A stretch of DNA of 63,991 nucleotides, counting the filler, from Octopus bimaculoides (Eukaryota), in assembly GCF_001194135.2 (NCBI RefSeq). It is 3 parts of 3 records of this genome, joined end to end, with 100 filler letters (N's around TTAATTAATTAA, not from the genome) between each part and the next. Parts side by side here need not be neighbours in the genome. Positions count along the whole stretch, not along the records: positions 1 to 28,391 come from NC_068987.1; 2 more parts are not named here. One strand, 5' to 3'. The position numbers and the translations under genes are program-made. Position 1 is the stretch's first letter; every line of letters starts with the position of its first letter. This document shows, in pieces, positions 1 to 13,349 of the stretch. Under the pieces are notes generated by a model, which had not been told where the DNA came from, did no database searches, and was given only the letters and a program-made list of their open reading frames with translations.

Positions 1-820
1 TGTGTGTGTGTGTGCATGAGTGTGTGTGTGTGTATGTGTGCATGAGTGTGTGTGTGTGTATGTGTGCATGAGTGTGTGTGTGTGTGTTTATGTAACTGTC
101 TCTTTCTGCGTGTTTGCATGTATGAGACAGCCTGGATGCATGAACGTGTGCCTGCATGTATGTGTGTGAGTATGTGCGTGCGTGTATGTGTGTGTGTGGG
201 TGTGCGTATGAGAGAGAGAGAACATTCGTGTATGAGCCATTGTATGCTAGCGTATTTCTATGTATGTGCGTGTGTGTGTGTGCATATATAAGTGTATCTG
301 AATATGTGTGAGAATTCTGTGTGTAGGAATATATGAACACGTATGTGTGCGTGTGTGTGTGTATGTGTGTGCATTTAAATATATACGCATGTGTGTGCAA
401 ATAAATATATATGAGTGTGCGTGTGTATGTATGCATATAAATATATGTGTGTGTATAAATATATATGTGTGTTTGCATATATATATATGTGTGTGCGCGC
501 ATATAAATATATATATGTGTTTGTGTGTGAGTGTACATATAAACATATATGTGTGTGTGAGAGAGAGAGATTGAGAGAGAGATTGAGAGAGAGACAGAGA
601 GTGAGAGATTGAGAGAGAGAGGGAGATAACATTTTTGTGTCTCAGTACCAGTATGCTGGTGTATTTATGTGTGTGGGGGGGTATGACGAAGTGTCTGCCT
701 TGGTGTTCCATGTGTATGTATGTACGTATGTATCTATAATTCTGTAAGTGTTTATTTGCGTATCTATGTATAAGATAACCTGGAAGTATTAACATGTATG
801 CATGAGCAACTGTATGTTAG

Positions 821-870
<50 letters not shown>

Positions 871-1665
871 TGTGTATGTGTGAGTGTATGNNNNNNNNNN
901 NNNNNNNNNNNNNNNNNNNNNNNNNNNNNNNNNNNNNNNNNNNNNNNNNNNNNNNNNNNNNNNNNNNNNNNNNNNNNNNNNNNNNNNNNNNNNNNNNNNN
1001 NNNNNNNNNNNNNNNNNNNNNNNNNNNNNNNNNNNNNNNNNNNNNNNNNNNNNNNNNNNNNNNNNNNNNNNNNNNNNNNNNNNNNNNNNNNNNNNNNNNN
1101 NNNNNNNNNNNNNNNNNNNNNNNNNNNNNNNNNNNNNNNNNNNNNNNNNNNNNNNNNNNNNNNNNNNNNNNNNNNNNNNNNNNNNNNNNNNNNNNNNNNN
1201 NNNNNNNNNNNNNNNNNNNNNNNNNNNNNNNNNNNNNNNNNNNNNNNNNNNNNNNNNNNNNNNNNNNNNNNNNNNNNNNNNNNNNNNNNNNNNNNNNNNN
1301 NNNNNNNNNNNNNNNNNNNNNNNNNNNNNNNNNNNNNNNNNNNNNNNNNNNNNNNNNNNNNNNNNNNNNNNNNNNNNNNNNNNNNNNNNNNNNNNNNNNN
1401 NNNNNNNNNNNNNNNNNNNNNNNNNNNNNNNNNNNNNNNNNNNNNNNNNNNNNNNNNNNNNNNNNNNNNNNNNNNNNNNNNNNNNNNNNNNNNNNNNNNN
1501 NNNNNNNNNNNNTGTATCATTGAACTTCACTTTAACAATACAAAAATATAAACGCGACATGATTACATAGAATATGAAACATTTGATGTTGAACACATTG
1601 AACAAGTATGCATAAAAGTACACAGAGGCACATACATATTAAGTGTGTGTATCGTGTGTCTGAGT

Positions 1666-1706
<41 letters not shown>

Positions 1707-1818
1707 TGTGTATGTGTGAGTGTATGGGAGTGTGTGTATGTGTGTGTGTATGTGTGTGTGTGCGTGAGCACACAGACACACACGCACACAGTTACACAGA
1801 CACACACGCATTATATAT

Positions 1819-1856
<38 letters not shown>

Positions 1857-1989
1857 CTGTGCATATATGTATGCGCATGTAATATTAATTTCTAAATGTG
1901 AACATGATACACACACACACACACACACACATATATGTCTGTGTATGTATAACACGTATAATATATATAACATGTATGTATTTGTATAT

Positions 1990-2020
<31 letters not shown>

Positions 2021-2517
2021 AATGCGTATATGCATATTCATATGAGATAGACTGATTGATTTATGCAGTTTTATAGGAAATTAAAAGCAACCCTCTTCAG
2101 AAATCACAGGTCTCTGTGTCTTGGACCGTTGCTTAACGTCCGTTTCCTGTACTTGGTAGTTAGTGCTGACTTGGTGAAATACCATTTCAACACTTGCTTT
2201 GCTTTCTTCTTTAGCCGGTTCCATTCAACTGGACTGCGGTCATGCTGGAGCCTCGTCTTTGCCGTTTTTTTTTAATCGATTATATTGACGCCAGTCCTCT
2301 AATTGTTAGCTTATTCTATCGATCTTAATAAGGGCCAAATAAAACAAAGCTGATACGAGCATAAGGGAACCGAATACCACTTCTCTCTTTATTCGAAGAA
2401 CGCTTTCTGCCACCCCATGCCAGTACACATATATGCATACATACATACATGCATACATGTATACATACATACACACATTAAACACACATACATATGAATA
2501 CATATCTATGTATAAAA

Positions 2518-2557
<40 letters not shown>

Positions 2558-5488
2558 NNNNNNNNNNNNNNNNNNNNNNNNNNNNNNNNNNNNNNNNNNN
2601 NNNNNNNNNNNNNNNNNNNNNNNNNNNNNNNNNNNNNNNNNNNNNNNNNNNNNNNNNNNNNNNNNNNNNNNNNNNNNNNNNNNNNNNNNNNNNNNNNNNN
2701 NNNNNNNNNNNNNNNNNNNNNNNNNNNNNNNNNNNNNNNNNNNNNNNNNNNNNNNNNNNNNNNNNNNNNNNNNNNNNNNNNNNNNNNNNNNNNNNNNNNN
2801 NNNNNNNNNNNNNNNNNNNNNNNNNNNNNNNNNNNNNNNNNNNNNNNNNNNNNNNNNNNNNNNNNNNNNNNNNNNNNNNNNNNNNNNNNNNNNNNNNNNN
2901 NNNNNNNNNNNNNNNNNNNNNNNNNNNNNNNNNNNNNNNNNNNNNNNNNNNNNNNNNNNNNNNNNNNNNNNNNNNNNNNNNNNNNNNNNNNNNNNNNNNN
3001 NNNNNNNNNNNNNNNNNNNNNNNNNNNNNNNNNNNNNNNNNNNNNNNNNNNNNNNNNNNNNNNNNNNNNNNNNNNNNNNNNNNNNNNNNNNNNNNNNNNN
3101 NNNNNNNNNNNNNNNNNNNNNNNNNNNNNNNNNNNNNNNNNNNNNNNNNNNNNNNNNNNNNNNNNNNNNNNNNNNNNNNNNNNNNTATATATATATATAT
3201 ATATATATATATCCGCTGATGAGAACTTCGCCTTGCAAATTATTTTATTTGCTAATTAAAGTTCGAAATCTGAGTTCCAGCTGTAAAACATTGTAAATGT
3301 CAGTGTATGTGTTTGCCTTGGTCTGTCCTCACACGCACATGCGCACACACACACACATACATACACACACATTGACTGGCAATCAGTGTTTGTTCCTATC
3401 TCTGTAACCTAGCAGTCCGAGAAAAACAACGGTAGAATAAGCACAGGATATAATAAATAAGGAGAGTGCGGGTCGGTTTGTTTCGACTAAACACTTCAAA
3501 GCAGTGCTATAGCATGGCCGCACCGTCCAGTAGCTGAAACAAGTTTAAGAATAAATGAATAAATGTGTAAACTTCTACGTGTAAGCCTTACTGGATGTAA
3601 ACTATTAACACAAACGGAGATCACTAATGGGAGATATGATGTAACATGTTATATGATGTTTTACTGCGTAACGCCATCCGGATGTAGTGAATCCCTGTTT
3701 CATCCAGAAAAAATATCCTTGCTTGGCAGTAAATGTTTCACTTTATGACGGCAAATGGACATTAGATAGGATCCTTTATTGTTGTTTAATCCCATGACGG
3801 CTCGGATCAAATAGATCTGTGATCAAAGACTAATGCAACAACTTTTCGGGCATAATGTACCTTGGACAACATAATCGAAACATCAATTTATTAAGAAGTA
3901 TGTTTTGGTTTGAAAGAAAAAAAAAACAATTTGACATATGTTTTTGGTAGGTCATGTGACCCCATAGATGCCTTCCTCACTGGCACAGGCTTTGATGTCT
4001 TTTTTTTTTTTTTTNNNNNNNNNNNNNNNNNNNNNNNNNNNNNNNNNNNNNNNNNNNNNNNNNNNNNNNNNNNNNNNNNNNNNNNNNNNNNNNNNNNNNN
4101 NNNNNNNNNNNNNNNNNNNNNNNNNNNNNNNNNNNNNNNNNNNNNNNNNNNNNNNNNNNNNNNNNNNNNNNNNNNNNNNNNNNNNNNNNNNNNNNNNNNN
4201 NNNNNNNNNNNNNNNNNNNNNNNNNNNNNNNNNNNNNNNNNNNNNNNNNNNNNNNNNNNNNNNNNNNNNNNNNNNNNNNNNNNNNNNNNNNNNNNNNNNN
4301 NNNNNNNNNNNNNNNNNNNNNNNNNNNNNNNNNNNNNNNNNNNNNNNNNNNNNNNNNNNNNNNNNNNNNNNNNNNNNNNNNNNNNNNNNNNNNNNNNNNN
4401 NNNNNNNNNNNNNNNNNNNNNNNNNNNNNNNNNNNNNNNNNNNNNNNNNATATATATATATATATATATATACGTGTGTTTGTGTGAGTGTGTGTTTGTA
4501 TATATATATATATATATAGTCATCAAATGTCTGTTTATAATCATATCACAATGTATGTATTTGTAATAAGCCTGATTAAGTCTAAATGTATGAGAAATGA
4601 GATATCGTTAAACCAACTATGAATACAAATTAGACAGATCTTTCGCTATATACCTCGATGTTATTTATTGAGGTTAGGTGTTAATCAGAATTTATTCAGC
4701 TTCCATTCTGACTCATTCACTATGTTTTTCTCTATTATCCTGATTGTTTAAGCTTTATCTCGTTTCAGATATAACCTAGAGAGATATGTTTTTGTAAAGT
4801 TATTCATAGATTTGTAAGTTTTGTAATTTAGATGTGCCACAATTTTGTAAACTATCTACGCTTTATTTATAAGACAACATCTCGGAGATGTAATTGCCAG
4901 ACAAGTGATTTGATCTGAGAGCCTGTTTTGGAACTGAAGCGTTTGCAGCCTGGAAGATTCATATTAGCCATTCAAAACACACAAAGACTGTTAGCTTCAT
5001 TTAAAGTTTATTGTTAAATCTCAAAATTTTCGCCGCAGAAACTGCGACCTGCTTTGAATTGTGACGAGATGATTATCTCCCTTGTAATAGCCTTGACCGA
5101 TAGAGAGACGATGTGTGAATATAAGATCGGTTATATCGCTTTCTTAGGTTGAAACATATATAAATAAATAAAAATTATCTGAGTATGATTTCAGGAGAGT
5201 CCTGGTGGAATCGATATCAGACAAAAATCTTTTGAAATTTCGCATACTTTTCCATTGTAGCTGTTTTTCAGAGATGGATACAATTAGGCAAATGCAATAT
5301 ACGAAGAGACAAAATGCTCCCAAATTACAAGCGAAAATAAATAATTTAAAGGGAATAACAGGATATATTCTGGAAAATAGTAGCAAGGGAAACATTAACA
5401 TAAAACCGAGAACAACGGCAAATTTTCAAAGACGTGGAAGTTAAAAAGTGAAAGGGAGAGGGAAAGGATAGGAAAAAGAAGGAAAGAA

Positions 5489-5557
<69 letters not shown>

Positions 5558-5669
5558 GAGAGGTGAAATAAATAAGTGAAATAAGCATTAGCGAAACTTT
5601 GCTCCACGCAGAAACTGCAGAAGCCACTCAGAGGTTTTGCAAGCTTTTCTAAATCCATTGCAATGCTGG

Positions 5670-5990
5670 AAATCTTTCCGTATCGTCAGCCGATATCTCA
5701 GAGCCATAGGTGTTTCATCATTTAGCCTGTAAGCTTTAGCTGACTGAAGCAGTGAGGACCGAGCTAGTCTTCACCTACGGAAGGGTTTCATTTGCGGTCT
5801 CTTATCAACCATGGCCAGCTTCAGAAATTTTCAGCCACCGAACTTAATTTCTTGATGGCATTAAGTTCTAGACCTATATTCTGCAAGAAATAGTGCGCTG
5901 TTCTAGATGGAAAGCCGTGGAAGCCGACTTCAATTGGGAATGAGGTCGCATGCCAGCCCTTGACAAAAGCTTCATCGACTAAGTCCTGAA
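5670..5990 (-). mobile_element. HERO/NeSL-like RLE non-LTR retrotransposon 3' fragment
   Basis: QDLVDEAFVKGWHATSFPIEVGFHGFPSRTAHYFLQNIGL...AIKKLSSVAENF*SWPW matches the Y-x-x-LV-x-E...GW...P-I/V-EVG-x-x-GF RLE motif; a gatgaaacacc...ctgacgat UTR follows. Confidence 0.7.
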
Positions 5991-6824
5991 ACATTAATAT
6001 GATAAATAAATATGGAATCAAATTCATAAATACAAAGAAAATGTATTGGCTTTTAAAAACTCTTATTGCTTAACAGAGGGCTCTCCTTATAGGTGTTACT
6101 GCTGCTGCTGTTGTTGTTATTGCTTTTAGCCACTGGTCAGCATCGATTGAGGAGACATACGAACAAAAGCTTTCTAACCTTGACCACCAACGCGTCTCTT
6201 TATATATCCGAGAGTACACTATACAATATGCACTTTGTCTTAATACAGTAAAACGTAATTTGAGGTTTAATTGGGGTTTTTTTCAAGCAAATCCTGTTTC
6301 CACATTGACTTCTTTTTTAGTAGAAAGTGATATGAAGATTGGATGTTCATGCATTTTGCATTGGCATTAATTAATATGTTCAAACACAAATCGTCGTTGT
6401 TACTGCCATTATCGATTCTTGTTGTTATTTGGTCTCGGATCAACCCAGATCGCTCGTTTACTAGGTCACATGATCTGCTAAACATAGCAGCTAAATCAGC
6501 TTCAAATCATGCCCAATCGACATTATAAAGACTATTTCCTGAACAGAAACACATATCAACTTTTGTGGACACGTGTTTCTTATATCGAGACACCAAGCCT
6601 GGCTGATTCCCTAATGGAATCTCAATTCTAGAGAAACCTAGATTCTGGGAGTTATTAACTGCCATTTCGCAAATCGGAATACGTCCTCTTGAAGAACAAA
6701 GAATTTATGTCGCATAATATCTAATGTACCTATGCCTCTGGCCACTAAGAGCTATTTCTCGTAGCTTATTTATTAAGTTATTATATGTTGTGAGTGCGAG
6801 TGTGTTTATATGTATATGTGTATA

Positions 6825-6840
6825 TCCATACATATGTGTG

Positions 6841-6876
<36 letters not shown>

Positions 6877-7056
6877 TGTATGTATGTATGAATGTATGTA
6901 TGTATGTTTGTATGTATGTATGTATGTATGTATGAATGTATGTATGTATGTATGTATGGATGGATGTATGAATGTATGTATGTATGTTTGTATGTATGTA
7001 TGTATGTATGTATGTATGAATGTATGTATGTATGTATGTATGTATGTATGTATGTC
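6825..7056. repeat. (TATG)n tetranucleotide microsatellite, representative of dozens of (TA)n, (TG)n, (AG)n, (TAGA)n, (TTC)n, (TAG)n and (GAT)n tracts
   Basis: Directly visible; such tracts border most N gaps. Confidence 0.95.
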
Positions 7057-7194
7057 ATTATTCAGTTTTATTTCAAGACTTCTTGTCAATAGAGAAAGAG
7101 CCGGTGTCTTAGATCCAAGACTCCTTCATTGGAATTTCAACATCATATATATATGCAAATGTAATTGTAATTCACGTGTATTTTGTATTTGCAG

Positions 7195-7345
7195 ATCAAA
7201 TGAAATTGAAGTCTTTATACACGACACATATCTCCTAAAATTTGCCATTTCTCGGCTTGATGATAATTGCGCAATTTCCTTTGCTGGAGATAGCTTCGGT
7301 GAAGATGGGTATGCGTTCGGTCTGAAGAAGGGTTCAAAATTAACG
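7195..7345 (+). CDS. GRIN3-like: Internal exon of an NMDA-type ionotropic glutamate receptor subunit (GluN3-like), S2 ligand-binding segment
   Basis: ttttgtatttgcag acceptor and ACG|GTAAGC donor; 151 nt, phase 2 in, phase 0 out. Translates SNEIEVFIHDTYLLKFAISRLDDNCAISFAGDSFGEDGYAFGLKKGSKLT, matching the iGluR S2 pattern F-x-x-D...C...G-x-x-F...GY-x-x-x-L-x-K-G-S (GluN3A as I recall it: [44 protein letters not shown]). Confidence 0.92.
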
Positions 7346-7504
7346 GTAAGCCTTCTTTTTTTAATACAAGGTGGTCGCTAGAAAAGTGGAAAATTTAAAG
7401 GCAAAACTAACAAGCATCAATAAACTGTGTGATAGGTGGTTTCTGATTCGTTGTTTTTGTTATCGGTTACTGTGTCTGGTGCTTGTTATTAGCAGAGATA
7501 CAGA

Positions 7505-7670
7505 AATATCGATGCCATATAAACGTCATTGATGAATTATAAAACGTGCTTGATAAAAGCTTGGAATGACATTTCTCAGGTTACACTTCAAAATACCACA
7601 CGAGCTTGGATTTCTCGATTAAAACGCTTTCACGAAGTGCATGGAAGACATTTTGAATATTTGTGAGGGT
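7505..7670 (+). mobile_element. Tc1/mariner transposase C-terminal remnant
   Basis: IDEL* then, after a frameshift, LIKAWNDISQVTLQNTTRAWISRLKRFHEVHGRHFEYL*, matching the typical AW-x-x-I...RL...G-x-HFE-x-L transposase end. Confidence 0.7.
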
Positions 7671-7875
7671 TGATATATCACGCTTTGTGACACTTATTGT
7701 TTACCTCAAATAGATCTTTTGAAAATATAAATCAGCATTTCACGAATTTTCGTCTTTTCTAACGACCACCCTCTCTCTCTCTATCTGTCTCTCTCTCTCT
7801 CTATCTGTCTCTCTCTCTCTCTCTCTCCCTCTCTCTCTCCCTCTCTCTCTCTCCCTCTCTCGCCCTCTCTCCCTC

Positions 7876-7972
<97 letters not shown>

Positions 7973-10900
7973 ATCGTCTAATACTGTGAACGTTATTGAT
8001 GATGTTAATCCATAATTCAGTTTTGATCCAGCATGCCTTGGATCAAAACTATTCCATCTTATTTCAATGCAGCATATCTAAGACAATATTTTAAAAGGGG
8101 TTTATCCTTTTTTGATATGTTTAGATGGCATTTGAGCTACTTGATGTTCTTAGTCGATTATGCATTCTTATAATTTTAACCTTCTCGTCAGAGTACAAAC
8201 AGCTGAAACAGAAAGCGCAAGACACATTATCTTACATACGAGAGGTTGCCAAAGGTTCTTGGCTTTCGATAAAAGAAAATACAGGAGGATCAGTTAATTA
8301 TGATTTTATTCAACATATTCCCCTCTAAGATTCACACACTTGCTGCAACCGTCTTTCAGTTTTTCTAATCCCTGTAAAAGAACTCGGAAGGTTGGGCCTC
8401 CAACCAGGCCTTACGCGAAACCCTTAAATCTAGGAACTTTTCAACATCTCCTCGTAAATTCACGCATAATACTAATATACGAAAGCACCAATCAATAAAC
8501 GTGCGCGCGCGCACGCACACACACACACACATTTACACTTAATCCTACACTAAAGAATTTTATATAGTTCCTTCTTCTGAAGACTATTATGAAACGTACT
8601 TCTCTCATATCTTAGGTATTTATTTCCAAACCTCCAGCTATGCAAACTTAAGTGAGCAAAACCGATTCTATAAACCTGTTTCATGAAAGAGATCTCAATG
8701 GAAGTAACAAATAACATTTTTTTTTTTCGTAATGAGCGTATTTTGAGTGTAAGCGCCTTCGTTGTTCAACTTTTCAAACACACCTGTTCCGGGTTAATCC
8801 GTATTAAGGAAGCTGTTTTCAGTAGTGGTGCTATTTCCGTTTTAGTTTCAGATTTAGAATTTTTATAAAGTATTCTTTTACCTTTCTTTGTTGATCATGT
8901 TCGTCTTTTATTTTGAATGAAAGGAAATATTTTATATTTTCCATTTCCACAAATATCTAGATGTTCACAACCAAAAATATTTGTAAGCGATGAGTTTTTA
9001 ATTTTCCGTTTGTGCAGACTCACACGGTTGCTTAGTTTAGTTCCGATTTCGCTGATTCTCGTTATAATACGAGCACGTAATTAAATAGATGAGATTTTTG
9101 CTTTGCGATTGATGTTTGCATTCACCTTCATTTCCTTCCCAACTTTGTCTTTGATATTTTTGAAAAAGAGTATCAAACGGAGAAAATACATGTTGGACGA
9201 TTCGGCTTGTGCAGAGACACAATTTGTAACACTACTGTGTGCCGCCCCGGAGCCCAAACGATTATATAAGAGTCTCAAAAGCGCTGCCCCAACAAAAAAT
9301 GTCACCTGGGATGGACTGTGCTTCTCATCACCCATCTCCTAGCTATGCTACTGTAGGTAGGTTATGCATCTAGCTAATTCAAAGAAGCAGACGGTATTGA
9401 TATGACAATAGAACAGAGAGAAGAAGCGTCATATTGATGTTGTTTTATAAAGTCCTATATTCAAAGTCACTGTATGTTCTATTTTAGTCATTCTATATTT
9501 AGAACTATAGTATCCAACATGTCCTATCTTTTTCTCAGAAAATAGGTTGCGTATTGTGGAAGATTTAGCACATATTTCTCTCAAGTCGAGCGAATGCAAG
9601 AAAATACACCAGAGTGTCTAGGAACTAAAGAGAGGAGAGAGTATACAGTCGCCAATCAATCAAATGGCCTTTCTTGGATACGGTCCATGATGTTAATATG
9701 TATCCTACTGTAACATTACCGCCATATAAATAAATATGAACAGTCAACACAAGCTTACTTCTTACTAGGGTTCCATTCAAATTCACAAATTAAATGTAAA
9801 TCGGAATACATGTCTTAACAAATAAATATAAGTATCACTCATGCTCTTCCCTTGATACCTGTTAATTCACTTCGAGCCTAACTATTCGAAATTGCGTGAA
9901 TTGAGTAGCAAATTAGATTCAGTCAATACACATGGTAGACATCCATTTTATTTATCAAATTTACGCCATTTTACATCGGAAATGTCCAACCACTACCATT
10001 CTTCTCTTTCCCCTTTTTCTATTTCACAATCATCGTTCTTCTTTTTCACTTCTTATTCTTCCTTTTCCTTTCCTTCTTCTTGTTCTTGTTCTTATTCTTC
10101 TTCTCCTCCTTCTCCTCCTCCTCCATCTCCACTACCACGATCAAAACCACCGTCACCACCACCACCACCACCACTACCGTCACTACCACCACCACCACTG
10201 TCGTCGTCGTCGTCGTCACCATCATTGACATAGTCTTCTTTTCTGCTCTTCCTCCTCCTCCTCCTCCNNNNNNNNNNNNNNNNNNNNNNNNNNNNNNNNN
10301 NNNNNNNNNNNNNNNNNNNNNNNNNNNNNNNNNNNNNNNNNNNNNNNNNNNNNNNNNNNNNNNNNNNNNNNNNNNNNNNNNNNNNNNNNNNNNNNNNNNN
10401 NNNNNNNNNNNNNNNNNNNNNNNNNNNNNNNNNNNNNNNNNNNNNNNNNNNNNNNNNNNNNNNNNNNNNNNNNNNNNNNNNNNNNNNNNNNNNNNNNNNN
10501 NNNNNNNNNNNNNNNNNNNNNNNNNNNNNNNNNNNNNNNNNNNNNNNNNNNNNNNNNNNNNNNNNNNNNNNNNNNNNNNNNNNNNNNNNNNNNNNNNNNN
10601 NNNNNNNNNNNNNNNNNNNNNNNNNNNNNNNNNNNNNNNNNNNNNNNNNNNNNNNNNNNNNNNNNNNNNNNNNNNNNNNNNNNNNNNNNNNNNNNTATAT
10701 ATATATATATATATACATATACATCCCTGTAATCATGTTATCGCAAGGTCTGTTCCAGACGTATGCTGTTACACAAATGCAATCGGTTTCTTTCCGCTTC
10801 ATCTACATCAGTCGGTTTGGAAATCTTGCTAAAAATAATTGCTTCTAACACTTCCAAACCGTGTCTTCGAGTGTATAGAATTCAACAGGGAGTACAACAG

Positions 10901-11024
10901 TAATAAGACAGAACAAACACACTTCTTACTCTCTTCTTTCAAACACGCACAGACACAAACACACGTAACCAGAAATTCACTCATACACACTCCATCAATG
11001 ATTTTTATTTCTATGCCCGTCTCT

Positions 11025-11101
<77 letters not shown>

Positions 11102-11281
11102 ATTCATACGATCATTCATAGATATATTTGTAAGATAACTGCGTCTAATTGTATGGAAGACTAATGAAGATGTTAACTTACCATGACAAAAATGAAACGA
11201 CTGGAGTACGTAAAGCAGTGCAAGAAATATATGTACACTTACATACATACATGCATACATACATACATACATGCATACATA

Positions 11282-11720
11282 CAGCGTTGGATTAACCATT
11301 AAACAAAATAAGCACGTGCTTAGGGTATCAAGGGACGGCAGCACCACAGGAATGAAAATATAGTTTACGGCACGAAAGAAATCACTGTAAACTTGCTAAA
11401 ATAATATTCGTAATGCTTTATCTTTACTAAGTATAGAAGAAGAAGTTTTACGTAAAATTAATTTTAACGTTGCAGTTAAACAATAAATAAAATACGAGTA
11501 AAGTTTTCAAATTTAAATAAAGTGGAAGTTTACAAAAATAAACATCGTTTTCCGTGTTACTCTTAGTTTTGTTTCGTTTTGAAAAATAAAAACTTATTCT
11601 ATGGTTTATTACTGCTTACATTTTAGATCATTTTTGTTTATATTTTGAACCATTTACATATACTCGAGGGCACCAAAACCTTTTGTGCTTAGGGCCTCTA
11701 TAGGGCTTAATCCGGCCCTG
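11282..11720. mobile_element. hAT-type MITE, about 440 bp
   Basis: Imperfect TIRs cagcgttggattaa / ttaatccggccctg; 8-bp direct flanks CATACATA on both sides (inside a microsatellite, so weaker evidence). Confidence 0.7.
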
Positions 11721-12029
11721 CATACATATATACATACATGCATTGTTATTGTTATTAAGGCGGTGAACTGCCAGAATCGTTCACACACCGGACAAAATGT
11801 TTACTGACATTTCTTTCGGTTCTTAACGATCTGCGTTCGAATTTTGCATCGAGTTCTACTTTGTTTTTCATCCTTTAGCGGGTCAATAAAATAATCCCCA
11901 GCTGTACGTTAAAGTCGATATAAATATAATCAACTCATTCCTTTCCCTGAAATTGCTGGCCTTGTGCCAAAATTTGAATCCGTTATTTTATTTAATCGCA
12001 TTACCTTTATACATCTCATTTCATTGCAG

Positions 12030-12320
12030 AATCGGTTATCAGACAAAATATTGACGTATACGTCCAGTGGATTTATTGAAGGACTCACAAAAAAGTATTT
12101 TGCACATAAAGGATGTGATATGCAGAGGGCACACACGCTTGAGATAAAGTATGGTCCGCAACATACAGCCGGGTTATTTGTCTTGCTTTTGGTAGCTGTT
12201 ACCCTTTCAATCTTTCTTATGATGGGAGAATACGTTTTTTTCAAGTACCTTATTCCTGTTTTGAGGAAGAAGCCTGCCTGTAGTCGATGGAGAAGTATCA
12301 ATATTATGTTTCTAAGTCAG
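12030..12320 (+). CDS. GRIN3-like: Next exon of the same GluN3-like subunit: end of S2, M4 helix, proximal C-terminal tail
   Basis: catctcatttcattgcag acceptor and CAG|GTAAGA donor; 291 nt, phase 0/0, in frame with the 7195-7345 exon. Translates [97 protein letters not shown]. The SGF, H-x-x-GLFVLL, GE and terminal SQ features resemble GluN3 more than GluN1, GluN2 or AMPA subunits. Confidence 0.92.
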
Positions 12321-12709
12321 GTAAGAACCATCACTGGAAAACCTCCATTTCTTTTATTCAGATTTCTTCTTTTTCACAGCATAAAGTACCATAGTACTCA
12401 TATCTTCATAAAAAGTACAAGGAAAATTATTTCAATTTCAGTCTTTTAGATTAGATTTTACTTTCAGTTTCATTCGAAGAATTTTTCATTTATATTTATT
12501 TTATATTTTGTCTTCTATCTTTTTCCTGTTTCAATCATTGGACTGCGGCCATATTGGTTCAGCGTCATGAAGGATTTAGTCAAACAAATCGACTCCAGTA
12601 TATATTTTTAAGTCGGGTACTTATTCCATTGGTATCTCATGTCGAACCGATATGTTACGAGGACGTAAACAAACCAACAAGTGTTGTCAGCGGTGAGGTG
12701 ACAGGCACA

Positions 12710-12758
<49 letters not shown>

Positions 12759-12937
12759 CGTATATCTTGTGAGTACAATTAGATATACGACTGGCTACGG
12801 TTGAGCTTAGAACCCCGAGTAGGTTATCAGCACCCAGGCTGCTTCCAATGTAGTAGCTTGGTTACTATTATACTTAGTAGTATTACTTCTTATGATGTAC
12901 AGACCAAATAATGCAACAACGCATAATGTAATATATG

Positions 12938-12977
<40 letters not shown>

Positions 12978-13317
12978 GTAGCCTCGAGTAGTCCGAAAAT
13001 CACGGCTCTGCAATTTCTTGCTGAAAAAAACTGCATACAAATGTTTTGCTTATAGTGATGAAATACCTGTGCCGTGCACTCTTACTCCGTCCATCGAATC
13101 ACCGTTGCTTGAGCTGGTGCTCGGTGAAGGACTCTTCAGGTGGCGAATTGATCGCATAGCAACATCAGCTGAATTATTTTGTTGAAGAACACAAAGCACC
13201 ACCCGGTCTAACATTTGAAACAACGATCTAGCAATCGAGAGCGCAACAGCCTAACCACTAGCACGTATTTTCTCATGTAAACACACACACACATACATAC
13301 ATAGATATTTATATACA

Positions 13318-13349
<32 letters not shown>

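Noticed and set aside
46-4566. Many long ORFs ([13 protein letters not shown] runs) here and throughout the window
   Set aside because: They are translations of microsatellites and N gaps, with no protein-like complexity.
5995-6027. LIPYLFIILMF on the minus strand resembling the SLC6 exon-2 FLIPY motif
   Set aside because: No GAF before it, no acceptor in the right phase, and it runs into a LINE endonuclease motif; AT-rich coincidence.
8019-8050. 12-bp perfect stem-loop agttttgatcca-gcatgcct-tggatcaaaact
   Set aside because: Too short to interpret; could be chance or a MITE scar.
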